In this document: piece by piece, positions 7,564-15,263 of the stretch
How positions within the stretch are numbered: position 1 is the first letter of the stretch
Layout: each line of letters opens with the position of its first letter
Source of the DNA: Labrys okinawensis
GTDB lineage: Bacteria; Pseudomonadota; Alphaproteobacteria; Rhizobiales; Labraceae
Direction of reading: 5' to 3'
Assembly (NCBI RefSeq): GCF_047345005.1
Contig: NZ_CP178864.1
Location: forward strand, 6,935,049 to 6,959,048
Length of the DNA stretch: 24,000 nt
Made by a program: the position numbers and the translations under genes
Notes under the pieces: generated by a model
Told to the model about the DNA's origin: nothing
Database searches by the model: none
Seen by the model: only the letters and a program-made list of their open reading frames with translations

Positions 7564-8862
7564 TCACCCCGGCCAGACGCGTTCGATGAGGAATTTCGGC
7601 ACGATCAGGCCGAAGGCCATGGCGAGCAGGATGAGCAAGGCGGTTCCACCGTCTGCGATAATGCCGGCGAGGAGATCCGTGGGAGCCTTGGAGCCGAGGG
7701 CGACGAAATCGACCAGCCCGCCTGCCATCCGGAACAGGAAAACGCCGGGCATCAGCGACACGACAGAGGCAAAGCCGAAGGCGGCGAAGGGCGCGCGCAG
7801 CCGGTCGGCGATCGGGGTGACCAGGATGCCCACCAGGAGGCAGGCCACGAAGGCCGCCGGTGCGACACCAGCGCCTGCCTTCACGATCAGCAGCCAGCGG
7901 CAGGCGTGGGCGAGCATGCCGATCAGGATAGGCACCGGCAGGTTCCGCCATGGCATGGAGAAGAAGCTGCCGAAGGCGGATACGGCGATACCGGCGGCGA
8001 TGAGGTCCCAGAAGAAGGGCACGGCGACGCTGGCGCCCTCCACGTCGAGCGTTTCACCGCCGAGGGCGAGGCCTGCCAGCAAGCCGGCGCAAATCATCAG
8101 GATGATCACGCCGGCATAGGTGAAGCGTGCGAGACCCAGCGAGATGCGTCCGCGCGCGAGGTCAAGGGCGCCGTTGAGGAGATGCGGCCCCGGCACCAGG
8201 ATCATGCAGGGGCAGACCGTAACGAGATGCAGGGCCGAGGAGAGCTGCAGCCGCTCGGCGCCAGCGCCGATGATGCCCGCCAACAGTGCGGCGCAAAGCG
8301 GCTGGACGAACAAATTGTGGCTCATCCCGGCCAGGCCCCGGCGCAACAGCGCGCCCGCGCCGGCCGACAGGGCGATCAAGGCGAGGCTGAGAAGCTGCGT
8401 CTCGCCGAAGATCACCGCGAGGGCGGCGGCGCCGGCAGCGGCCATCACGGCAAAGCGCGGGTTCGAGGCCGGCGGTAGATGCGCGATGGCGGTGAGGGAA
8501 GACCGCGCGGCAGCGATATCGGTGCGGCCGGAGGCGATGTCGTCGACCACCGCCATGCAGCGGGCCACGCGGTTCATATCGACGCCGGCGGGCTGCGCTT
8601 CGGTGAGGTCGAGGCGCCCGGATCCCTCGATCTCGATCGCGAGCTCGCCCCAGCGCGGCAGCACCCTCACATCCTGGCCGAGCGCCTTGCCGATGCGCTC
8701 GGCCGCCTCGACGGTGCGCGCCGTCGTTTGCCCGTTCTCGAACAGCAGAGTTACCACCTGCCGCACCAGCGCCAGGGCGTCGCCATCGCCGATCCGGCCC
8801 GAAGCGGCACCGGAACCGGGGGCAACAACCTCTTTCTCGCCAACGTCGGCCATGGCAGACAT
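7564..8862 (-). CDS. ThrE/YjjP-YjjB family exporter (fused DUF1212 + DUF3815 type membrane protein)
   Basis: The ORF is open to 9048, but that extension runs through the intergenic repeat. The probable start is the ATG at 8862 (MSAMADVGEKE...) or at 8853, preceded by AGGAAA. A soluble-looking N-terminal part (LVRQVVTLLFENGQTTARTVEA) is followed by about 10 hydrophobic segments. Confidence 0.7.
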   Translation of the reverse strand: MSAMADVGEKEVVAPGSGAASGRIGDGDALALVRQVVTLLFENGQTTARTVEAAERIGKALGQDVRVLPRWGELAIEIEGSGRLDLTEAQPAGVDMNRVARCMAVVDDIASGRTDIAAARSSLTAIAHLPPASNPRFAVMAAAGAAALAVIFGETQLLSLALIALSAGAGALLRRGLAGMSHNLFVQPLCAALLAGIIGAGAERLQLSSALHLVTVCPCMILVPGPHLLNGALDLARGRISLGLARFTYAGVIILMICAGLLAGLALGGETLDVEGASVAVPFFWDLIAAGIAVSAFGSFFSMPWRNLPVPILIGMLAHACRWLLIVKAGAGVAPAAFVACLLVGILVTPIADRLRAPFAAFGFASVVSLMPGVFLFRMAGGLVDFVALGSKAPTDLLAGIIADGGTALLILLAMAFGLIVPKFLIERVWPG

Positions 8863-8896
8863 TTTCCTGATATGCGCGAATATTGCCCGCATGGGC

Positions 8897-9010
8897 GCAC
8901 CAAACGCGGAGTGGCAGTCTCTGACTGCCAGATTCCTTGCCAACAACCTCGCGGTTCCAAGAATGGCGGTCGGAGACCGCCACTCCAATCTTGCGCCCCG
9001 CTCCGCGGGG
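8897..9010. repeat. Palindromic intergenic mosaic element (RIME/REP-like), full copy
   Basis: Left arm GGAGTGGCAGTCTCTGACTGCCA (8908-8930) and right arm TGGCGGTCGGAGACCGCCACTCC (8964-8986) are near reverse complements of each other. Each arm is also an 8-bp-stem hairpin on its own. A flanking CCCCGC-TCC-GCGGGG hairpin lies at 8996-9010. A second copy of the left half is at 22838-22879. Confidence 0.7.
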
Positions 9011-9037
9011 TTGGCAGCTATCCCCCTGCCCCATTCA

Positions 9038-10666
9038 TCACGCGGCATAGGCGGGATGATAGACCCGGGAAGCGATCAGCCCGGCAATGTCGGCTGGCCG
9101 TTCGATCCGCGCGAGATTGTGGTCGAAGATATATTCTGCCACCCGCGCCGCGACATGGAGGGAGGCTTGGAAGATCTGGCTCTGCGGCGGGTAGATCAGA
9201 CCGGTCGCCAGGCTCTTGTCAGTAACCTGCTCGGCCACGGCCTTGGCCGCCACGATGAACATCTCCTCCGTCACGCGGGTCGCCTCGGTGGCGAAGACGG
9301 CCATGCCCATGGCCGGGAAGATATAGACATTGTTGCCCTGGCCCGGGACAAGGATTTTTCCGGCGATCTCGACCGGGCCAAAGGGGCTGCCGCTGGCGAA
9401 GATCGCCCGCCCCCCGGACCAGCGATAGGCCTCCTCTGCCGTGCATTCCGAGCGCGATGTCGGGTTGGAATAGGGGAAGATGATCGGCCGCTCGTTGATC
9501 TCGGCCATGGCCTCGATGACCCGCTGGTTGAACAGCTTCGGCACGGTGCTGACGCCGATGATACCGGTGGGACGCAGGGCGCGGACGGCCTCGACGAAGG
9601 TCGATACCGGCGCGTGATCCAGGGCGAAGGGCTTCTGGAAGTCGGCGAGATCGGTCCTCGACCTGACCATAAGGCCGTTGATGTCGAACAGCGTGTTGCG
9701 CGCCCGCGCCGCGGCGATGTCCAACCCCTCCAGGGCCATGGCCTGGCTGATCAGCTCGGCGATGCCGGTAGCCGCCGAGCCGCCGCCGAGGAAGAGGAAG
9801 CGCTGGTCGGTGAGCTTCTGGCCGGAAATGCGCAGGGCGCCGTACATTCCCGCGAGCGCCACGGCCGCCGTACCCTGGATGTCGTCATTATAGGTACAGA
9901 CCTTGTCGCGGTAGGTTTCGAGGATCGGGACGGCGTTGATATTGGCGAAATCCTCCCATTGGATGCAGCATTTGGGATAGAGAACCTGCACGGCCTGCAC
10001 GAATTCGTTGATGAAGGTCATGTAGTCGGCCCCGCGCACCCGGTGCTGGCGTAGGCCCAGATAGAGCGGGTCCTCCAGGAGGCTCTCATTGTTGGTGCCG
10101 ACATCGAGCGTTATCGGCAGGCAATATTCAGGCGGCACGCCGGCGCAGGCGGTGTAGAGCGCGAGCTTGCCGATGGGGATGCCCATGCCACCGACGCCGA
10201 GATCGCCGAGACCGAGGATACGCTCGCCATCGGTGACCACGATGAAGCGCACGTCCTTCATCGGCCAGTTGTCGAGCAGCTCCTTCAGCCGTCCCCGCGC
10301 GGTGATCGGCAGATAGAAGCCACGGGAGGCCCGGAAGATATGGTCGAACTTCTGGCACGCCTCGCCCACAGTAGGCGTATAGACCAGCGGCATGAAGGAA
10401 GCGGGATCCGACATCAATACCGCGTAGAACAGGGTCTCGTTGCGGGCCTGCAGGTCGGAGAGCAGCAGGTATTTCTGCAGGTCATTGTCGAGATTGCCGA
10501 GTTCGGCGTGGATGCGGGCGACCTGGAGCCCAAGGGTGGTCGGCACCGGGGGCAGCAGCCCCTCCAGGTCAAGGGCGCGACGTTCTTCCTCGCTGAAGGC
10601 GCTGCCCTTGTTTAGGCGGGGATTGCGCAGGAGGGCGTAACCGGAATCTGCACTCTGGTCAGGCAT
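9038..10666 (-). CDS. maeA: NAD(P)-dependent malic enzyme (SfcA/MaeA-type, about 540 aa, no PTA domain)
   Basis: 542 aa. The N-terminus has LLRNPRLNKGSAFSEEERRALDLEGLLPP. It also carries VVTDGERILGLGDLG, the dinucleotide-binding FLFLGGGSAATGIAE, and FASGSPF. Confidence 0.9.
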   Translation of the reverse strand: MPDQSADSGYALLRNPRLNKGSAFSEEERRALDLEGLLPPVPTTLGLQVARIHAELGNLDNDLQKYLLLSDLQARNETLFYAVLMSDPASFMPLVYTPTVGEACQKFDHIFRASRGFYLPITARGRLKELLDNWPMKDVRFIVVTDGERILGLGDLGVGGMGIPIGKLALYTACAGVPPEYCLPITLDVGTNNESLLEDPLYLGLRQHRVRGADYMTFINEFVQAVQVLYPKCCIQWEDFANINAVPILETYRDKVCTYNDDIQGTAAVALAGMYGALRISGQKLTDQRFLFLGGGSAATGIAELISQAMALEGLDIAAARARNTLFDINGLMVRSRTDLADFQKPFALDHAPVSTFVEAVRALRPTGIIGVSTVPKLFNQRVIEAMAEINERPIIFPYSNPTSRSECTAEEAYRWSGGRAIFASGSPFGPVEIAGKILVPGQGNNVYIFPAMGMAVFATEATRVTEEMFIVAAKAVAEQVTDKSLATGLIYPPQSQIFQASLHVAARVAEYIFDHNLARIERPADIAGLIASRVYHPAYAA

Positions 10667-10717
10667 CGGGTGGGCTCCAGATGATTATCTTAATCGCTTG
10701 AAAGAGTGGATCAGCCC

Positions 10718-12124
10718 TCAGCCGGCGGTGGCTACATAGGGCTTTACCATCTTGGCAGGATCGACCACCCGGTCGAACTCTGCCTCGCTGACGAAGCCGA
10801 GCTCGAGTGCGGCGGCCTTGAGGGTAAGATCGTGGTCCATGGCGTGGTGGGCGATCTTCGAGGCCTTGTCATAGCCGATCACCGGCGCCAGCGCCGTGAC
10901 GAGCATGAGCGACCGCTCCACATATTCGGCGATCTTCTTGCGGTTCGGCTCCGTACCCTCCACGAGGAACTTGCGGAAATTGGTGCAGCCGTCGCTGAGC
11001 AGAGTGATGGACTGGGCGATATTGGCGATGATCAGCGGCTTGTAGACATTCATCTCCAGATAGCCGCCGGCGCCGCCGAAACCGACCGCGACATCGTTCG
11101 CCATCACCTGCACGGCGAGCATGGTGAGGGCCTCGGCCTGGGTGGGATTGACCTTGCCGGGCATGATGGAGGAGCCTGGCTCATTCTCCGGGATGATCAG
11201 CTCGGCAAAGCCGGCACGCGGGCCGCAGGACATCAGGCGGATGTCATTGCCGATCTTGTAGAGCGAGGTCGCCAGCGTGCGCAGCGTGCCAGAGAGCTGC
11301 ACCAGCGCGTCATGCGAGCCCTGCACGGTAAACTTGTTGGGGGCGCTGACGAAGGGCAGGCCCGTGTTGCGGGCGATCTCCGCCGCCACGGCTTCGGCAA
11401 AGCCCGGCGCGGCATTGATGCCGGTACCAACCGCAGTGCCGCCCAGCGCCAGGCGATAGACGCCCTTCAGCGCGTCGGTCATGCGCTCGAGGCCATCCGT
11501 CAGCATGCCGGCATAGCCCGACCATTCCTGGCCGAGCGTCAGCGGCGTTGCGTCCTGCATATGGGTTCGGCCGATCTTGACGATGTCGTCCCACCCGCTC
11601 GCCTTGGCGGAGATGGCATCGCGCAGGGCGGTGACGGCGGGGACGAGGCGTGAGGTCACACCGACGGCGGCCGCGATATACATCGCCGACGGGAAACTGT
11701 CGTTCGACGACTGCGACATGTTCACATGGTCGTTGGGATGAACCGGCGTCTTGCTGCCGAGCGCGGTACCCGCAAGCTGGCAGCAGCGGTTCGAGACCAC
11801 TTCGTTGACGTTCATGTTGAACTGGGTGCCGCTGCCGGTCATCCAGACATGCAGGGGGAACATCTCATGGTGCTGGCCGGCCAGCAGCTCGTCGCAGACC
11901 TTGAGGATAAGGTCGTGACGCTCCTTGTCGAGCCGTCCGCCCGAGAGATTGGCCTGGGCGGCCGAACGCTTGAGCACGGCATAGGCAGTGATCATCTCGC
12001 GCGGCATGAGGTCCTTGCCGATGCTGAAATGCTCCAGGGAGCGCTGCGTCTGGGCACCCCATAATTTGTCGGCCGGAACCTCCACCGTGCCGAGGCTGTC
12101 GGATTCGATGCGGATATCGGACAT
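10718..12124 (-). CDS. fumC: Class II fumarate hydratase
   Basis: The N-terminus has [31 protein letters not shown]. The lyase signature [13 protein letters not shown] is present. The start is the ATG at 12124 (GTG at 12127 is possible), preceded by AAGGAAAAGG, and lies only about 15 bp after the ClC stop. Confidence 0.9.
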   Translation of the reverse strand: MSDIRIESDSLGTVEVPADKLWGAQTQRSLEHFSIGKDLMPREMITAYAVLKRSAAQANLSGGRLDKERHDLILKVCDELLAGQHHEMFPLHVWMTGSGTQFNMNVNEVVSNRCCQLAGTALGSKTPVHPNDHVNMSQSSNDSFPSAMYIAAAVGVTSRLVPAVTALRDAISAKASGWDDIVKIGRTHMQDATPLTLGQEWSGYAGMLTDGLERMTDALKGVYRLALGGTAVGTGINAAPGFAEAVAAEIARNTGLPFVSAPNKFTVQGSHDALVQLSGTLRTLATSLYKIGNDIRLMSCGPRAGFAELIIPENEPGSSIMPGKVNPTQAEALTMLAVQVMANDVAVGFGGAGGYLEMNVYKPLIIANIAQSITLLSDGCTNFRKFLVEGTEPNRKKIAEYVERSLMLVTALAPVIGYDKASKIAHHAMDHDLTLKAAALELGFVSEAEFDRVVDPAKMVKPYVATAG

Positions 12125-12139
12125 CACCTTTTCCTTTGT

Positions 12140-13435
12140 TCAGAGATGGGAAGCGCTGGGCACGGCCACCGGCTGCGGCGCCGCCCGGAACGTCATGGCG
12201 CAGAGCCTTTCGGCGGCGATTGAGCCGCTGACGGCAAAGATGAGAGGAAAGAGAAAATCCTGGCCCACACGGGTGAATTCGAGGATCAGGGCGATTGCGG
12301 TCAGCGGCATGTTCATGGAGGCGGAGAGAAAGGCCGCCGCGCCGATCAGGGCAAAGGCACCGAGGGGTGCGCTAGGCCAGGCAAAGGTCCACAGGCACCC
12401 GAGCACGGTAGCCAGCAGGGCGCCGATCGTCATGCCGGGGGTGAGCAGCCCGCCCTTGGCGCCGGCACGCAGCGCCGCCAGGGTGACGGCGAGGCGCAAC
12501 ACCAGCAGCGTGGCGGCAAGGCCGAGGGAGAGATCGTTGGCGAAGGAGAGCTGCAGCGGCCCCCGGCCATTGCCAAGCAACTGCGGAAAGCTCATGGCGG
12601 CAAGGCCGATGCCGGTGAAGACGGCAAGGTTCCACGGCACCAGGCGCCAACCCTCGGGAGAGCGCGCCGTCATCGCCGTCGAGATGCGCTTGAACCCGTA
12701 AGCGGCGGCGCCGAAAAGCGGGCCCGCCAGCACGGACCACACCACCAGTGATGGGCTGATGTCGAAGGGCATCACCGGGTATTGCACCTCATCGCCAAGG
12801 CCGACCCAGGCAACGAGCGCGGCGATGCCGGAAGTGACGATAGCCGGCAGCAGCGCGGGCAGGCTAAAGGTAGCCAACAGCACTTCGAGGACGAAGAGGG
12901 CACCGGCAAGAGGCACATTATAGACGGCGGCAAGGCCGGCGCCGGCGCCGCAGGCGATGAGAATGCGGGCTTCCTCGGCGTTGAGGCCGGTCTGGCGAGA
13001 CAGCCAGCCCGTGAAGGCGGCGGCGATCTCGCGCGGGGCGACCTCGCGACCCAGCGGCGAGCCGAGAGCGACCGTGCAGATCTGCAGGAGGACGTGAAGG
13101 GTCGTCTCGGGCAACGGCATCGCCTCTCCAGGCACCCGCACCGCCTTGGCGATGCTGACCAGGGGTCGGCCAAAGCGATAGAGCGCCCACCAGCCCCCGC
13201 CGGCCACCAGACCGCAGAGGACAAGAACGGCCGCCCGACGCCAAGGCGGCGCGGCGCTTACGCCCTGCAGGAAGCTCTCGCTGCTGATCACGGCATCGAG
13301 ACTGTAGCCATAGGCAACGTGCTGGATGAGATGCAGCAGCAGCGCCAGGGCCATGCCGCCGAGCCCTGCTCCGACACCGGCCAGGACAGTGACCACGGCA
13401 AGTCTGGCAAGAGGAGTCTTCTCGGGGAGGGACAT
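12140..13435 (-). CDS. ClC-family (voltage-gated chloride channel family) membrane protein, divergent selectivity-filter motifs
   Basis: 431 aa and polytopic. It has GSPLGREVAPREI (compare canonical GREGP) and GAKGGLLTPGMTIGA (compare GGIFAP). GGAG lies 9 nt upstream of the ATG. Confidence 0.75.
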   Translation of the reverse strand: MSLPEKTPLARLAVVTVLAGVGAGLGGMALALLLHLIQHVAYGYSLDAVISSESFLQGVSAAPPWRRAAVLVLCGLVAGGGWWALYRFGRPLVSIAKAVRVPGEAMPLPETTLHVLLQICTVALGSPLGREVAPREIAAAFTGWLSRQTGLNAEEARILIACGAGAGLAAVYNVPLAGALFVLEVLLATFSLPALLPAIVTSGIAALVAWVGLGDEVQYPVMPFDISPSLVVWSVLAGPLFGAAAYGFKRISTAMTARSPEGWRLVPWNLAVFTGIGLAAMSFPQLLGNGRGPLQLSFANDLSLGLAATLLVLRLAVTLAALRAGAKGGLLTPGMTIGALLATVLGCLWTFAWPSAPLGAFALIGAAAFLSASMNMPLTAIALILEFTRVGQDFLFPLIFAVSGSIAAERLCAMTFRAAPQPVAVPSASHL

Positions 13436-13596
13436 GGGCTGGTCTCCACGGCGGGATAGAACACCGGATCCGGCTCCGGTTCAATCCGGTGCCGGAGTGC
13501 TGCCGCGGGGCATCGAGCAAAAATTTGGATCGAGTGACGTGGAAAAGGCTGACGAAATCCGCAACGACAGGCGAAGCGAGACCCCAAACACCAGAC

Positions 13597-13626
13597 GGGC
13601 CTCCGATCGCGAACAATCGGGGGCCC
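13597..13626 (-). terminator. Candidate intrinsic terminator after the small-protein gene
   Basis: The minus strand reads GGGCCCCCGAT-TGTTCGCG-ATCGGAGGCCC. This gives about 11-12 bp of stem with one mismatch and a possible UUCG tetraloop. It is followed by GTCTGGTGTTTGGGG and lies 29 nt past the stop codon. Confidence 0.4.
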
Positions 13627-13654
13627 GACAGGTCATCATCTACGGCAGATAAGA

Positions 13655-13849
13655 TCAGCTGCGCTGTTCGGCAGGTGGAATGACTTCGCGGCCGGCGCCA
13701 GGAACGACCGAATGCATGCTTTCGGGCCTGCCCCGGAAGTTCTGCTGGGAGGGCGGGATCACGGTGCGGCCAGAACTAGCCTCGGCCATGGTGGCCGACA
13801 GCGACAGGGCCATGGCAACGAGAGTGGCAGTGACGAGGGTCTTCCTCAT
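13655..13849 (-). CDS. Small exported protein (64 aa) with internal repeat, hypothetical
   Basis: A strong AGGAGA site lies 7 nt upstream of the ATG. The signal peptide is MRKTLVTATLVAMALSLSATMAEA. The mature part contains two copies of GR(T/E)VIPP(S/A)(Q/E)Q. Confidence 0.6.
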   Translation of the reverse strand: MRKTLVTATLVAMALSLSATMAEASSGRTVIPPSQQNFRGRPESMHSVVPGAGREVIPPAEQRS

Positions 13850-14281
13850 GATAGGTCTCCTGGGAGTTCAGGTTGGTGGTCAAGATCGAGTCATGGCGCC
13901 ACCCGATGATCTTCCCGCGAGTCGTCGTTTCGCGAAGGCATCCACGGTGCAGTATTGGTACCCTGACTTCTTGCCGGATCACCCTGCGCAGCGGAAAAGG
14001 GCCGCTTTTCGGCAAAAAAACTGCGATAACACAGATGTGTGGGGATCTGTCCGAGCCGTGATTGCAGTTGATCAACCTCGGGCGGGAAATCGGGCAAAGT
14101 CGATTTCTCAAGAGATGGAAGCAAGGACGGCCAGCAACTCCCGAGCCTGGCCAGGGCCATGCCATAACAAGGCATCTCGGCGTTTGATGCGCCTTACATC
14201 GCCAGGTTAGCATCCATATAGGGCGGCTCGATCTTCGAGGTGCCCGCCACGAGCTGCAGCGAACAGGCGAGGGAGTGGGCG

Positions 14282-15160
14282 ATGGGTGCGTATTCGAAGC
14301 CGGATCGGCAGCCGTGCGGCGTGCAGCATATCGCCATCGGCGAGGCCGTGGTGAGCGTCGTCAATGACGGCACACACCCCGTCGATTTTCCGGACCTCGT
14401 CACGACCGAGCCGGAAGCCTGCGAGAAGGCACACCGCGACGCCTTCTGCATCGTGCCACCATCGCTCACCATCAGTTGCTTCGTCATCCGCAGCGGTGGC
14501 AGGCTGGTGCTCGTCGATACCGGTTTCGGAAGCAAGACGCCGGCTACCGGCAGGCTTCTCCACAACCTCCGGTCCATCGGCATCGCGCCCGATGATATCG
14601 ACACCGTGCTGATGACGCATATGCATCAGGATCACGACGCCGGCCTGGTCGATTCCGCCGGCAAACCCGTCTTCACCCGGGCCGAGCTGGTGTTGCATGA
14701 GAACGAATATGCCTTCTGGGGAAACGATGGGGAGCGTGCCCGGGCCACAGGCACAAGATTCGTCGAGTTCGGCCTGGCGGAGGCCGCCTTCGCCGCCTAC
14801 GGCGAACGGCTGCGGACCGTCAGCAATGGCGAAGTGCTGCCGGGCATCCGCGCCGTTCCGACACCGGGTCACACGCCCGGCCATACGGCCTGGCTGGTGG
14901 ACTCGGGTCGCGATGCCCTGCTGATCTGGGGCGACATCATCCATTTTCCCGGCATCCAGTTCGCCATTCCCGACGCGAGTGTTGCCTTCGACCATGACAG
15001 CGCGGCGGCGGCATTGGCACGCCGCAAGGTGCTGGCCTTCGCCGCCGGCGAAAAGCTGCGCGTCGCCGGCGTCCACCTCGACTTCCCTGCCTTCGGCCAT
15101 GTCGTGACGGAGGGCAGCGCCTACCGCTTCATTCCGGAAATCTGGCGCCCGGTGCTGTGA
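14282..15160 (+). CDS. MBL-fold metallo-hydrolase (beta-lactamase superfamily; lactonase/glyoxalase II-like)
   Basis: Carries the HxHxDH motif THMHQDHDAG, later PTPGHTPGH and WGDIIH. The ORF track opens at a GTG (14240). The ATG at 14282 with GGGAG 7 nt upstream is preferred. Confidence 0.75.
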   Translation: MGAYSKPDRQPCGVQHIAIGEAVVSVVNDGTHPVDFPDLVTTEPEACEKAHRDAFCIVPPSLTISCFVIRSGGRLVLVDTGFGSKTPATGRLLHNLRSIGIAPDDIDTVLMTHMHQDHDAGLVDSAGKPVFTRAELVLHENEYAFWGNDGERARATGTRFVEFGLAEAAFAAYGERLRTVSNGEVLPGIRAVPTPGHTPGHTAWLVDSGRDALLIWGDIIHFPGIQFAIPDASVAFDHDSAAAALARRKVLAFAAGEKLRVAGVHLDFPAFGHVVTEGSAYRFIPEIWRPVL

Positions 15161-15263
15161 AGGGAGCAAATTAGCGGATGGGGCGTCCCGCCTTGCCAGA
15201 CGACAGTAGCGGAGCAGCCGTGGATTTGCTGAGATACGCGGTGTTTCGGGGAGAGGCTTTGCA

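Noticed and set aside
8863-9048. 62-codon N-terminal extension of the ThrE-like ORF (ORF-track start at 9048)
   Set aside because: The extension translates straight through the palindromic repeat and overlaps the malic enzyme stop. The internal ATGs at 8862 and 8853 have an AGGAAA ribosome-binding site and give a sensible N-terminus.
8120-10054. 644-aa plus-strand ORF, the longest in the window
   Set aside because: It runs antisense across the ThrE-like gene, the intergenic repeat and the malic enzyme gene. Its composition is extremely Arg/Ala/Pro/Ser-rich with no motifs. I take it as a high-GC shadow ORF.
10706-11653. 315-aa plus-strand ORF antisense to fumC
   Set aside because: The fumC frame carries the GSSxMPxKxNP signature. 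The antisense frame is Gly/Asp/Arg-rich with no motif.
13436-13720. Possible fluoride (crcB-motif) riboswitch upstream of the ClC gene
   Set aside because: A GAUGAUGACCUGUC string resembles the 3' part of the motif. However, it lies next to and downstream of the small-protein ORF. I could not find the required 5' GGxGAUGG...CC helix or the pseudoknot partners. A cmscan with Rfam RF01734 would settle this.
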